A stretch of 64,000 bases of DNA from Octopus vulgaris (Eukaryota), in the NCBI GenBank assembly GCA_951406725.2, contig OX597827.1, positions 25,234,001 through 25,298,000 on the forward strand, given 5' to 3'. Under the pieces are notes generated by a model. The model was not told the origin of the DNA, did no database searches, and worked only from the letters and a program-made list of their open reading frames with translations. A program made the translations under genes and the position numbers. Shown in pieces: positions 37,561 through 51,624 of the stretch; position 1 is the first letter of the stretch; each line of letters opens with the position of its first letter.

Positions 37561-37832
37561 AGACAGAATATCATTTATCTTAGTAAGTAGCCGAGACATC
37601 CTCTGGGGTGTTGGGTTTTGTTCTCATAAAAACTGCAATAAGAAAACATAAACGTAACTTTAAATTCTAATGCCTGATTAACTTACTACATCGTTGATGA
37701 CTAAGATCTACCAAAATAATATTATACTAACATCGTAATATTATACGACCATTGTATTTCATTAAGGCACGCTAACAAGAGTACATTAATTTACATAGTG
37801 TCTACGTAAAACGTATGCACGCACACGTATGC

Positions 37833-37904
<72 letters not shown>

Positions 37905-38842
37905 ATACGTATTCATGTACGTATACACGCGAATAAGCAAATATAAGCGTGTGTTTGTGTGTGTGTGTGTGTTTGTATAACTATATGCATATGTTAGCTG
38001 TAATTTTCTGTCGTTTGTATAATTCTGTGTGAACGTGCCTAAAGGTAAGACAAAGTATTCTATTGAAGAATTTTGGCGCCGAAGCGTCGACGTTGCGTAC
38101 CATAAAATCTTTAAGACTTTGAGCCGGAGAGTGAGAAACGTGACATACTGTTGACTTTTATGGTAGTGATTTACAAGTAAATCTCTCGATAGAATTAATG
38201 ATGATAACACTATGCAACCACTCATTAAATTGTTTCAACTAACCTTAGTTGATTAATTCGAAGAAAATCCTGTGCGTTTTTGCTCATCCTTATAGAAATA
38301 GCAGTCAAATTACACTGATCTTAAAAGAAGAATAGTCACCATATATAATGTAGTTTATAGGTAGACAAAAAGACAAGGTGGTCATCTGTGGCCTAATGTC
38401 TGCTTGTCCAGGCCTGACCAGGTGCGAGAGAACAGCAACAACAAAAAATGAAGAACATAAAGAAAGAAGAATAACAGTACATTAGTGGAATCTAACAATA
38501 TAGCAGTGGTCAGTGTACCTTACCGTATTTAGTAATAACCTTTTACATCGTGATTTCAAATCTTGCCCAAGTTGCCTCAGTCGTTCATGATTCTGGTGCT
38601 GATAATATAAAGTGTCAGAGAAGTCGAAAGTTCAATTTAATTGTCTAAAACTCGCCCCGACTCCGTTAAGTTTGGAACCTTTTGCCAATGTTAGCGTCGT
38701 AGATGTGAAGAGAATTTTTTAGACACAGACAGAATGATGTGAAAGAACGCCTTTTTACGTCTATGCGTTTAAAACACGTAGAGAGTATATTAGTCTCTCA
38801 TCCTTCCGAGGTCGACAAAATAAAGTTCTAGGAGTCATTGAA

Positions 38843-39064
38843 CCCTTTTGATACCAACCCGGCTGAAACCGACTCAGGCTCTGTAGAACTAATGTCTTGT
38901 TTTCATAAGTTTTGAATTAAAATTTTCCACCGAACCTTAGTCACAATTTATGTTCCTAACACTAGCTTGATGATAACTAAATTATTTTACTAAATTCTTT
39001 GTTATATTTAAAATTAATTGAAAGAAACACAGAGCATCTCAACAGAAATATGGTAACAAAAGGG
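38843..39064. mobile_element. piggyBac-like MITE
   Basis: TIR CCCTTTTGATACCA / TGGTAACAAAAGGG. TTAA on the right, TGAA on the left. Confidence 0.8.
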
Positions 39065-39119
39065 TTAAAGAACTGATCCCTTTTAATAAGTTTTTGACTA
39101 TTCTACCTATGTTAGACGC

Positions 39120-39435
39120 GAAGGAGCGTGGCCTAGTGGTTAGCGTATTGCACTCGCAAACGCTATCTCATGGGTTCGATTCCCGAACCGGGTGGTGCGG
39201 TGTGTTTTTCAGCATAAACACTGCATTTCACGTTGTCCCAGTCCACTCAGCTGTAAATGATTACACACTGTGACAGATTATCATCTACCACCGGATTAAG
39301 AGGAATGTTAGCTTGCTCATCAAGCCAGAGTGGTAGCATCATTCGAACACTAAAACAATACCAAATGCATTGTGACCAGTGATGTATACCAACATCCGAT
39401 AGTCTGGTCGCTACCGTGGAACTGACACTGTGATA
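39120..39435 (+). mobile_element. SINE family C (tRNA head, Meta-like domain)
   Basis: gcgtggcctagtggttagc...gggttcgattcccg and cagtccactcagctgtaaatga. Tail is shared with 24465-24590. Confidence 0.8.
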
Positions 39436-39616
39436 CCTACGTGGGAAACCCTTCTAACTGCAGAAGAAAATTTCCAAACTAATTAACTTCTTGAAATTAC
39501 AAAGTCTCCACGTTAAAGAATCTCTTAACTTCATTTTATCTTATTTTAATTTTTACTCGTTTCAGTCGCTGGGAGATGTGTTTGAAATTTTTTTGTTGAA
39601 TATATTGACCCAGGTA

Positions 39617-39849
39617 AAGGCGGCGAGCTGGCAGAAACGTTAGCACGCCGGGCGAAATGCCTAGCCGTATTTCGTCTGTAGTTACGTTCCGAGTTCAAAT
39701 TCCGCTGAGGTTGATTTTGCCTTTCATCCTTTCGTGGTCGATAAATTAAGTACTAATTACACACTGGGGTCGATGTAATCGACTTAATCCGTCTGTCTAT
39801 CCTTGTTCGTCCCCTCTGTGTTTAGCCCCTTGTGGGTAGTAAAGAAATA
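39617..39849 (+). mobile_element. SINE family B (tail type 1) with TSD
   Basis: Full head to gtgggtagtaaagaaata. atatattgaccca lies on both sides. Confidence 0.93.
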
Positions 39850-40074
39850 TATATTGACCCAAGTACTTTGTCTAGGATTTGTCTTATCTTCCTTGCAAGG
39901 AGGAAAGGTAAATTTAGCATGGGCAGGATTAGAACACGCAACAGCAAGGAGCACACATAAACAGCACGGTTTATTTTCTCTGATGTTTTATCATTTTTGC
40001 CAGTCGATCGTTGTCTGATTCTCATAAGTTCTTTCTCAGTTTCTAGATGAGGATGGCAAATACAAGTAATTGCG

Positions 40075-40890
40075 TGGATTGGTAGAATCGTTAGAATGCC
40101 GGACAAAATGTCTTTTGATATTTGTTCCGGTTCTTTACACACAGAGTTCAAATAGCACTAAGGTCAAATTTCACCTTTCATCTTTCTGCGATCGATAAAA
40201 TAAAGTACAAGTGAAATAATCAATATAATCGATTGATCCCTCTTAACAAACCTTCGACCTTGCACTTATGATAGAAAATGTTTATTTATATGATGTGGAG
40301 GAGGGTGGTCGATGCCAGAATCGGCAGAGCGTCGCAGAAAATGGCTTGCGGTTTTAAGTTACGTTCCTTTGTATTTTGAGACAAAATTCTCCGGGGTCTT
40401 CTTTCACTTCCACTATTCAGCATTTCAATAAAAAGGTACCAGTAATGTGCTGAGGTTGACATAAATAATTGATTACACCTTCTTCGACACTTTGAGGCGA
40501 TCTGGCAGAAACGTAAGCACGCTGGGCGAAATGCTGAGCAGTATTTCGTCTGCCGTTACGTTCCGAGTTCAAATTCCGCCGAGGTCGACTTTGCCTTTCA
40601 TCCTTTCGGGGTCGATTAAATAAGTACCAGTTACGCACTGGGGTCGATGTAATCGACTTAATCCGTTTGTCTGTCCTTGTTTGTCCCATCTGTGTTTAGC
40701 CCCTTGTGGGTAGTAAAGACATGGGTATTCCGTTTGCTGCTACGTTCTGAGTTCAAACTCCGCCGAGGTCGACTTTGCCTTTCATCCTTTCGGAGATCGA
40801 TAAATTAAGTACCAGTTGCGCATTGGAGTTGATCTCATCGACTGACCACACTCCGCATAGATTTTGGGCCTTATGGCTAGAGTAGAGTAT
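40075..40890 (+). mobile_element. Cluster of family B SINEs (two old copies and a tail1/tail2 dimer at 40495-40890)
   Basis: Repeated gagttcaaa / cctttcatc / gtaccag motifs. Confidence 0.85.
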
Positions 40891-40918
40891 TGTCACTCAG
40901 CGCCCCAATTAAGAAACT

Positions 40919-40955
40919 CACCACCACCACCACCACCACCACCACCACTACTACG

Positions 40956-41023
<68 letters not shown>

Positions 41024-41037
41024 CACTGCTGCTGCTG
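40919..41037. repeat. (CAC)n(TAC)n(TGC)n compound trinucleotide repeat
   Basis: Read directly. Confidence 0.95.
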
Positions 41038-42919
41038 AACTGAGGTGATATTTCGCTCAACCCAATTTCTGCTGCCGACGTCGTTTTACAGCTGAACAAG
41101 TGCTAAAATGAAATGAAATATCTTATTGATCCAACTACTTTTTATCTCTTCCTTTTTTTCTCCATTTCTTTTCTAGTTTTTTTATTATATTTTTCCTTTT
41201 ACTTTTGTAGCCTGCTTGTGCATTTTATTGTGTGTTGATTGGCTTCTCCCTACCAAAACATCATATCATGTATTGAACTAAGGCTGAATAGATTCCAATA
41301 CCGTTTCCGATAGATAATCATATTGGTCTGGTTTTCTTTGGAAATCACTGAAACGAGTCCGTTTCAGTAAATATAATAAACATGACAAAGAACCGCATAA
41401 AGATATTAGCAAGATTTGTAAGGAGACGAACGTACAGAGTAACAACATTAGTTGATTTTTCCTCTATATTTTCGTTGTTATAGAAATTCATACACGCTTA
41501 ACTATTTAACTTTAGAGGAATTGAAGTTGAAAAGAATATAAAGACATTATAGCAATTTTGACCAATCACTGTCAACTATATGCTGATGTATGAATACATA
41601 ATCCTTTTACAAACGTAAATAGATCGGATAATCTGTAGAGCGGTAGACGCCTATATAAAAATAAAACGCCTTTATAGCGTCAATTAGGAAGTAGTTTACG
41701 CCATTTTGCCTGTACAAATTCGATGTTCTATTTTCCCGGTATTACACTCTGTGCTCGCTAGAATACACTTTGAAAGAATTGTTATAAATATGGTGCTTAA
41801 ATTGAGAACTCTACCCATCAGTTGCTTCAATAATTCTTAAATAATCAAATATTTTGTTGTCAGTGCTTGATTCTTGTCATTAGAACGCCAGGAGTCGGGT
41901 CTAAGAGTTATTAAAGATACCGTTGCCACTATATTTATCTGCACTTTACTAAACTGAAGCGATTTCTTATCAAATCACTTGCGAGCTATCAGTCAGTAGA
42001 AAAATAATTTACCGCGCCAAATTGAGAACACTTCCTCAATGTCATCGCACAAGTTCGACTTATTGTCCTTAATGTTATTAAATGTATATTATTAATATAT
42101 ACTTTATCACGATCTCATCTTACACTTTCTGTCAGCGACTCATCACGGCCAGATTAAATTCTATTCAGCTTACTCGTGTAAAGTGACAAGTGCACATCAT
42201 GATTGAGCTATAATTATTATAGCACTTGTCGACAGCGAATAGACAGAAAGAACAGTGTCGTACGGGAGTGTCATACGATATTTACTTTGCTTCCCCCTAC
42301 GTTTCAAGTTCAAATCTAGCCGGGTTCAAGTTTCTTTCAACCCTAACGTATTCAGAAAATAAGTGAAAATTTTGCGACCTTGTGCCTATTGCTTGACATC
42401 AATATCACAATGAAATTTTTACTATAGATTTTATTTTACACACATACTTCAACAAAATTTATATTACTAATCCTTGTAAAGGTTATCTGTAGAGAGATAT
42501 CCTGTAGAAACTGTAACCAGCACTGATTTTTGTTACGAAACGTTGTAACAAAAGTCAATGCTGGCAATTAATTTCTATAGAACATCTATAAAGATAACCT
42601 CAGTAAGTGGTTTAAAAGCACTGCTAACACAGCATGACATGGTATTGACTTTTAAGAAAATGTTTAATATACTTTGTAGCATGTTAGGGTTGCATAACGA
42701 TATACCGCGTCCAAGTGTCCGGGAACAGGAGGTGCAGGTGGTGCACTGGCACCTCCTAGACTTTTTAGGGGTGCAAAATCCAAATTTGCACCCCCTACAT
42801 ACATTTGTGTCCGTGTGCCTATAAGTTATTAATAATTACTAATTTTACACTGTCAATACTAGAACACTTAGAGAATAATTATTATATTACAAACATTGAA
42901 CATTACCATTTATCGTTTA

Positions 42920-43309
42920 CTAGCAGTATCTCCCGGCGTTGCTCGGGTTTGTTTCGATTCTTTAGAGTTGGAATTTTTGAAAAGTAAAACTTTTGCATTA
43001 TGTAGCTTGTTATTCTCTTTAAGTGAACATTTTTCTGGTTGAAATACACCGAAAAATGGCGACACAGCAGTAAAAAAATTCGTAAAAATAGGGATTTTCA
43101 TAGAAAAAAAGCACCTTTTTGATGTAAATAATTTTTGATGTTAACATGGTCCGATTTGAAATTTTTCTTCTACGGAAGAAAGAGCAAGTCTTCTTCTATC
43201 ATACTCCCAATTTTGATTAACTTGCGTCGCAGGGTCTCGGAGGAGATAGTGTTAGTTGAAGGCTACCAAACCTGCCATACACAGACAACTTCAAATATAT
43301 ATATATAGA
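42920..43309 (-). mobile_element. Non-autonomous Helitron, second copy
   Basis: a|CTAGcagtatctcccggcgttgctcggg ... acagacaacttc..tatataga is the reverse complement of 30264-30652. Confidence 0.88.
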
Positions 43310-43319
43310 GAGAGATTTC

Positions 43320-43738
43320 TCTCAGTCATTGGACTGCGGCCCCGCTGGTGGGGTAGGGGTGGGGCTGCTTGGACGGGTTTAGCTGAAGAAATCGGTCGGA
43401 CTACTTAATGCTTTTTCTTAAAATCTTTTGAGTCAGGTAATATATTTTATCGGTATCTTTTTCCGAGCAGCTATATTATCGAGACGTAAACAAACCAACA
43501 CTGGTTGTTAAGGCTGACAGGCACAAAGAAAGATTCATTATATATGTGTGCACGCGCACGTGTGTGCGTTTCTGTACGTGTGTACAACGGGTTTCCATAC
43601 AGTTTCCGTCCACTAAATTCTTTTATAAGGTATTAGTCGGTCTGCGGCTGTAATAACAAACATTTACCCAATGTGCCACACAGTGGAACTAAACCCGAAA
43701 CGACGGGTTGCAAAGCGAGTTCCTTAACGACACAACCA
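43320..43738 (-). mobile_element. SINE family A, old copy
   Basis: cagtcattggactgcggcc ... gtgccacacagtggaactaaacccgaaac. Confidence 0.7.
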
Positions 43739-43743
43739 ATTCT

Positions 43744-43975
43744 TATTTCTTTATTGCCCACGAGGGGCTAAACACAGAGAGGACAAACAAGGACAGACAA
43801 AGGGATTAAGCCGATTACATCGACCCCAGTGCGTAACTGGTACTTAATTTATCGACCCCAAAAGGATGAAAGGCAAAGTCGACCTGGGCGGAATTTGAAC
43901 TCAGAACGTAGTGGCAGACGAAATACAGCTAAGCATTTCGCCCGGCGTGCTAACGATTCTGCCAGCTCACCGTCT
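43744..43975 (-). mobile_element. SINE family B (tail type 1)
   Basis: Full-length reverse complement. Confidence 0.92.
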
Positions 43976-44169
43976 TCAAACAAATTGTTGCGATTATAGT
44001 ACAAATTTCAGTCTACAAATGCTGTAACAACTTTTAGACTACAACATTTATACTTCAAAGGATATAGTACAAAATCCTAAAATAACTACAAATCCTACTA
44101 CGGATTATCCATTGGATTAAGTCTTCTTCTCCAATCTGGTGTCATTATTGCACTGTTATTACCATTAAA

Positions 44170-44992
44170 ACTACCTTTCATCCTTTCGGGCTCAATTCTT
44201 AGCGGTATTTCGCCCGTGGCTACGTGCTGAGTTCAAATTCCGCCAAAGTCGACTTTGCCTTTCATTCTTTCAGGGTCGATGATAAATTAAGTACCAGTGA
44301 AACACTGGGTCGATGCCCCACCCCCACCAAATTTCAGGCCTTGTACCTTCAGTAAAAAAGATTATCATTAATAGTATTATTATTATAAACACGCCGAGCA
44401 GGCAGAATCGATGTTAGTATGCCGGACAAACTACTTAGCGGCGAGCTGGCAGAAACGCTAGCACGCCGGGTGGAATGCGTAGCCCGTATTTCGTTTGCCG
44501 TTACGTTCTGAGTTCAAATTCCGCCGAGGTCGACTTTGCCTTTCATCCTTTCGGGGTCGATAAATTAAATACCAGTTACGCACTGGAGTCGATGTAATCG
44601 ACTTAATCCGTTTGTCTGTCCTTGTTTGTCCCCTCTGTGTTTAGCCCCTTATGGGTAGTATGGAAATAGGTATTTCGTCTGTCTCCGCCCGGGTCGACTT
44701 TGCCTTTCTTCCTTTCGGGATCGATTAAATAAGTACCAGTTACGCACTGGGGTCGATATAATCGACTTAATCCGTTTGTCTGTCCTTGTTTGTCCCATCT
44801 GTGTTTAGCCCCTTGTGGGTAGTATGGAAATAGGTATTTAGTCCGTCTTTACGTTCTGAGTTCCAGTGCTACCGGGGTCGACGCTGCCTTTCATACATTC
44901 TGGGTCAATAAAATAGATACCAGTTGAGTACTGAGGTCGATTACATCAACTATTTCTCTCCAAGATTGCTGGCCTTGTGCCTAGAACCGAAA
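44170..44992 (+). mobile_element. Nested family B SINE multimer
   Basis: An old head at 44400-44438 is interrupted by tail-1 copies (44439-44668, 44669-44831) and resumes at ggtattt 44832. Confidence 0.88.
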
Positions 44993-45087
44993 GAACAATC
45001 ATAGCAATTGCGGCATGAATTTTGCTATAGAGACTTTAGTGCAGTAGGTTCTCTCTTTCATCTGGCATTTCTTTTCTGTCTCTTATC

Positions 45088-45295
45088 TTTTACTTGTTTC
45101 AGTCATTAGACTGCGGTCATGCTGGGGCACCGCCTTGAAGTTTTTGGTCGAATGAATCTACCCAGATACTTATTTTCGTTTTGAGCCAGGTACTTATTCC
45201 ATCGGTCTCCTTTTGAACCCGCTAAATTACGGGAACGTAAACACCCTAACACCGGTTGTCAAGCGGTGGTGGCGAAGTAACAAAGACACACACAC
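45088..45295 (-). mobile_element. SINE family A 3' half
   Basis: Tail and body motifs present. Confidence 0.85.
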
Positions 45296-45318
45296 ATGCA
45301 TGTGTGTGTGTGTGCGTG

Positions 45319-45391
<73 letters not shown>

Positions 45392-45392
45392 C

Positions 45393-45451
<59 letters not shown>

Positions 45452-45740
45452 GTCGATGCTTCAGCATAACCGCAGTCAAATGATTGAAAAACGTAAAAGA
45501 ATATACATATATATGTATATATAAGGCTTATTTGGTTCGACTGTTTTGTGCTCTTATCCCTAATTCTACGCAAGAAAGTTTCTTTTTGCGTGCACAATTG
45601 CGAATTACTCAGTCTTATCGTTAAAGGTACGAAACCGAACAGTACCAATTGGTCGATAACTGATGAAGAATTTCAGATCCTTTGTTTATCTCCCATTCGT
45701 CTTTACATTCAATATACGTTACGTCGTTTGTTTATACATT

Positions 45741-45963
<223 letters not shown>

Positions 45964-45964
45964 A

Positions 45965-45995
<31 letters not shown>

Positions 45996-46109
45996 TGTGT
46001 GTGTTCAGCAAAATTTACATTCAGATGAATATGGTACTTAAGTTAAAGACACCAGAATTTTGCATGGTATTATCCATAGAAATCAAATGGGATGATTATA
46101 ATCAAAATA

Positions 46110-46309
46110 CGCAACAAGGATATCCAAGGTAGAATAGTAGAATGGCAAATGAAATAAGGAAAAGAATGTGCATTGTCCGTTCAACTGGTAAGTTCTATAT
46201 GTGGCTGAAGATTGCTTGACATTTTTAAACTGATGTAATACTTACAGTGTTTAATAAAATGAAGTAGCATGAAACACTTGTACTACTCTACCATGGATAT
46301 CCTTGTTGC
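46110..46309. repeat. Inverted repeat pair (about 29-bp arms)
   Basis: gcaacaaggatatccaaggtag / ctaccatggatatccttgttgc. Confidence 0.75.
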
Positions 46310-46387
46310 TAATTTTAAATATATATATATATATATACCGGAGTAAACACATAAATGTGAAACAAGGTGGAAAAAAGAGTACTCAAA

Positions 46388-47156
46388 TAATATATGACAA
46401 AACAGTGTACTCATAATAATATATGACAAAACAGTGTACATAAAGGAGTAATATGATACGATAAGTACAATATGTATAAGAGAATATAAATATAAATGAA
46501 TATAAATATAAATATAAACTACATCTTACAGCTGTTTCAGCCCTGCAGATAAGTATGTCTCATTTTACTTATATTAGCCATGTGTGGTAGGTCAATATGT
46601 AGTTATAAATGAGACATTTACAAAAATATCCTAAGGCCTCTTCGGAGATTATGAAATACAAACCAAATTACATATACACTTACACAAGTGTGGGTACATA
46701 CCCATAATAAATCATATACATATACATATGAGTGCATATACACATACTCCTATACATATACATATACACATACATGATAATATAAATAATATAAATCAAT
46801 AAACATACATATGTTCCATATTCAATGTTACAGTTTTTCAGCTTAATATTGTGATATTACAATATAAAAAACATACACATATTAATACCCAAATGCAGAT
46901 ATACAGAGTCAAGAGTACATTATATTAATTTATATTAATTTACAAAATGTCATTAATGTTAACATCATTACCATTATCATTACCACTAATGCTACTAATA
47001 TCATTATTCTTATTATTAATAACACTAATACTAGCAAAACAATATATAGATCCCATTATTAGCAATATAATAGCAAAACTAAGGACCACAATAATACTAC
47101 AGTACCATGCAAAGTATTAAATATCTGTATGTACACTGTTTTGTCATATATTATTC
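46388..47156 (-). mobile_element. AT-rich element with inverted ends and an internal hammerhead
   Basis: aataatatatgacaaaacagtgtac occurs twice at 46388-46440. Its reverse complement is at 47130-47155. Confidence 0.65.
46523..46649 (-). ncRNA. Type I hammerhead motif (U4 to C variant) with long loop II
   Basis: Minus: atct-CCGAAGA-GGCCT...GGGCT-GAAA-CAGCTG-TA-agat. Confidence 0.7.
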
Positions 47157-47293
47157 TGTTTGATCTTAATGTTTCTTATGTGGTGGTTTAATAAAGTATG
47201 TGATTGGGTATTATCTGGTAGTTGATATTTGATTTGGATGTATTTCTCCATTTTCTTATTTTGTATATACATCTATATATATATATCTATCCA

Positions 47294-47340
<47 letters not shown>

Positions 47341-47344
<4 letters not shown>

Positions 47345-47943
47345 ACAATCAAGGAACGGCCATAATAGGCCATTCACCCACTAGAAATAACAGCCAAAGC
47401 TTCAACCGCAAATAAAAATTAATTCCGTAAACCAGGAGAAAATTTAAAAACATTTACCCTGTAATTTCTTATACGATATACCGTTTCATCTGCTGATTAA
47501 TGGTAAACTAACCTGATTAAATTAAATCAAGCCAATCTTCCAAAGGCCCTCAGATTCTTCAGTAAGAAATAGCCCAAGTCGGAACAGATATTTTCACGAG
47601 GCATTTCCGACCTTGCCAAGGTTATATCTGACCTAAAATTTTCAAATCGTCGCACTCGCGCCAAATTTATCGGCAGCAAATAAATATAAGCCGTCGATTC
47701 CATTACGGAATTAACCAGAAAATTCATAATTAATCAATATTGGAAGATTGGCTTGATTTAATTTAATCAGGTTAGTTTACCATTAATCAGCAGATGAAAC
47801 GGTATATCGTATAAGAAATTACAGGGTAAATGTTTTTTAAATTTTCTCCTGGTTTACGGAATTAATTTTTATTTGCGGTTGAAGCTTTGGCTGTTATTTC
47901 TAGTGGGTGAATGGCCTATTATGGCCGTTCCTTGATTGTTGAT
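47341..47943. repeat. Near-perfect inverted repeat, about 203-bp arms with a 196-bp spacer
   Basis: 47341-47543 vs 47740-47943. The only difference I saw was a one-base homopolymer length change. The left arm abuts (TA)n. Confidence 0.95.
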
Positions 47944-48041
47944 GTTGAACTTAAAAATGGTCTATGACTATTTAATTTTTTCCCACTAGGCCGCTGGTGG
48001 CAAAAGAATTCTACAAAATTTTTTTTGCCACCCTATATTGA

Positions 48042-48138
<97 letters not shown>

Positions 48139-48359
48139 CTGAGTGTGTGTTCCTCTGTGTGTGCGTGTTTTTAGATTTGTGTGTGTATAAACACATGCAT
48201 ATATATATATATGCCCGCGCACGGTCACACGCGCACACACACACAAACACACACACACTCACACAATTGTATTGCTTCAATTAATATTCTGATCAACGCT
48301 GCAACCATACATATAGCACTGGTTTACACCGACTGATTCTGCTGTCGCTCATATTACCA

Positions 48360-48430
48360 GCACCACCAGAATCACCACCACCACCACCACCACCACCACA
48401 ACCACTACAACCCCCGCTCACATCAATGAC

Positions 48431-48462
<32 letters not shown>

Positions 48463-48531
48463 AACCACCACCCACATCAACGCCATTACTACTACTACCA
48501 CCACCACAATCACCACCCATATCAACGCCAA

Positions 48532-48596
<65 letters not shown>
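48360..48596. repeat. (CAC)/(TAC) repeat with about 48-60 bp higher-order units
   Basis: catcaatg/catcaacg/tatcaacg anchors near 48421, 48475 and 48520. Confidence 0.8.
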
Positions 48597-49030
48597 GTTA
48601 TACGAGTCTGTCACAACAAAACGTGTGCTATTTGGTTTACAATTGCATTTAATAATTTCACCAATGGACATTTAATGCATTAAGAACTAATTAAATAGAA
48701 GCATGTTCGGTAACCTTGATGAAGGATTTAATTGAAGTACAAAAGTAGATTATACAATTTCGCTATACAGATATTTCACATGCCGTCCAGAAGAGTTTAT
48801 TGTTGTATCTCTAACTTACATATCATCCGTAGTTATACTTGGTTATAATATCAACGCAGTTACCCGTTTAGCGAGTATTTTAGATAATCCAAACTATGTG
48901 GTTGTCTCCCTTGAAGAATTAATTGTTATGTTCATGTTTATTCCACTCCGTCCCGGGGGTAATTTTAATCAACTAAAATGTCTTGTTTCAAAAGGTTATA
49001 TTAACATCGATTTCACTGTGTTGCTTAAAT

Positions 49031-49780
49031 AGGCGCAGGAGTGGCTGTGTGGTAAGTAGGTTGCTTACCAACTACATGGTTCCGGGTTCAGTCCCACGCA
49101 GTGGGACCTTGGGCAAGTGTCTTCTTCTGTAGCCTCGGGCCGACTAAAGTCTTGTGAGTGGATTTGGTAGACGGAAACTGAAAGAAGTCCGTCGTATGTA
49201 TGTATGTATGTATGTATGTATGTATGTATGTATGTATGTATGTATGTATGTATGTATGTATGTATGTATGTATGTATGTATGTATGTATGTATGTATGTA
49301 TGTATGTATGTATGTATGTATGTATGTATGTATGTATGTATGTATGTATGTATGTATGTATGTATGTATGTATGTATGTATGTATGTATGTATGTATGTA
49401 TGTATGTATGTATGTATGTATGTATGTATGTATGTATGTATGTATGTATGTATGTATGTATGTATGTATGTATGTATGTATGTATGTATGTATGTATGTA
49501 TGTATGTATGTATGTATGTATGTATGTATGTATGTATGTATGTATGTATGTATGTATGTATGTATGTATGTATGTATGTATGTATGTATGTATGTGTTTA
49601 TTTGTATGTGCTTGTCCCCTCATCATTGCTTGACAACCGATGGTTACGTCCCCGTAACTTAGCAGTTCGGCAAAAGCGTCCGATAGGATAAGTACTAGGT
49701 TTAGAAGAAGTCCTCGGGTCGATTTGTTCGATTAAAGGTGGTGCTCCAGCATGGCCGCAACAAATAACAGAATAAAAGAA
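49031..49780 (+). mobile_element. SINE family A containing about 400 bp of pure (TATG)n
   Basis: Head ggcgcaggagtggctgtgtggtaag. (TATG)n at 49195-49594. Tail ggtgctccagcatggccgc. Confidence 0.93.
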
Positions 49781-49805
49781 TATACGTTAATCGCTGTCAA
49801 AGTGT

Positions 49806-50046
49806 GAAGGCGTATGACTTAATGGTTAGTGTGTTTTGTTCAATAAGACACTTTATTTCACGTTGCTCCAGTCCACTCAGCTGGCAAAAATGAGTTGTAC
49901 CAAAGGGCCATCATTGTGGTATCCGGTGCAGTCTGAATCTCTGGAAGAACTACATTAAGGGTACGCTTGTTTGTGGAGAGCTCAGCCACTACTTGCACGT
50001 TAATATTTCTCAAGCAGGCTGTTCTGTCGTTCAGATCAACTGGAAT
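49806..50046 (+). mobile_element. SINE family C head and Meta-like body with a family D-type tail
   Basis: ttcacgttgctccagtccactcagctggcaaaaatgagt. Tail matches 12090-12185. Confidence 0.8.
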
Positions 50047-50109
50047 ACACAATTCGAGCTGCTATTTCTTGAATGTCGGTTAAGCACGTAGAAGTGCTTT
50101 CGTGATACT

Positions 50110-50620
50110 GGTTTCAAAATTTGGTACAAGGCCAGTAATTTCGGGCAAAGGAGGTGGGACAGTCGATTGCATCGACCCCAGTGTACAATTGGTACTTACT
50201 TTATTGACCCCAGTGTTCAACTGGTGCTTACTCTATCGACCCCGAAAAGAGGAAAAACCAAGGCTGACCTCGGCGGAATTTGAACTTAGAACATAAAGAC
50301 AGACGAGATGCCGCTAAGAATGTTTCCGACACTCTAACGAATTTGCCAGCTCGTCGCCTTGTGCTTTTATTATATTAAACATGTAAAATATATGACTTAA
50401 AACTTAGTTATCTATCAGTAATATAATTTTCTAATGCAGGCTCTCAAAGTCTGAAATTTTGCAGGGAGAAAGATTAATCGATATTTTGATCCCGGTATCG
50501 AACTGGTACTTTGTTTTATCGATTTCGAAAAGATGGAGAGCAAATTTAATCGTGGTCGGATTTGAACTCAGAATATATAACCACAAGGTATTTTGTCCGA
50601 CGCTCTACTGATTCTGCAAT
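50110..50620 (-). mobile_element. Two older family B SINEs (tail type 2)
   Basis: ggcggaatttgaac and gccagctcgtcgcctt. Confidence 0.75.
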
Positions 50621-51624
50621 GATAATGGCAACTGATTTCTAACAAGTGATGCACCGAGACCGTCTTTAATAAATTCCAGTGTTAGATAACATTAAAAGCG
50701 TATATCGGACATTGGATATGAATAGAAGAGAAAAAAAATGAAAGACGCCAACAATAGATTTCTATAACGTAGCACAATATTTCGAAATGTATAGGAAAAT
50801 GATTTTTACAAAAGTGAACAATAATTTGAAAGAAAGTTTCGATAAAAGATTATTTTAAGAACATTAATGTAATCTTAGTGGAATATTGTTGTAGACAGTA
50901 TATGGACGTAACTTCTGTTGCTGTGTACATTGATTTCCGTCTTTATTTTATTCTGAAAAATAATAAGAAAGAAAATATCTCATTTATATCACCAAGATTT
51001 GCATTCTTATTGTTTAATTTCAAAACTATTTGCCAGAATTAAATATCCACACGTCACAAAGAGTTATGGGATTTGTAAATTAAATAAGTTAATTCAGGTG
51101 GGTGGGTGGGGAAGCGTCTAATTACTCTATGTAAATGCATTGAACGACAATAAAAACGAAATGCATTAAAAAAATGTTAAAGAATTAGACAATATGAGAC
51201 CAAAATGAAGATAGATGTTAGGTTATATGTATTAGCAACACCATTGTAAATTTACAAGCTACACAAATACATCGAAAATACGGTCAGCAAATAAATAAAT
51301 AAAGAAATGAAGTCTTTTCAAAAAAACATGTTCAGATATTGTATTTCAACAGTAACGGAATACCATTAATTCTTTGCAATGTATTTTAAAAATGTTCAGA
51401 AAATTGGTTGTTCTAATGCGTCTGACAACGCACCAGACCTCTATACAATGCAAGTTATTTATGTTAGTTTCATGCGTTGCTATTATTTAGTTCGGCATAT
51501 CTTACCGTTTTTTTTCTAATGTTTACTGCAGGTTTTTTTTCTTTTACTATATGTTTGTATTATAGCTATGACTGTTCGCTATACTTTTTCTTTCTTTCAT
51601 TTGTGGAAGTTTTAATGTTACGTA

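Noticed and set aside
48715-48905. ttgatgaaggatt...aatccaaac possible long-loop hammerhead
   Set aside because: Both core halves are mutated and there is no convincing stem I.
49144-49691. About 160-aa MYVC/HTYI ORFs
   Set aside because: Pure (TATG)n translation.
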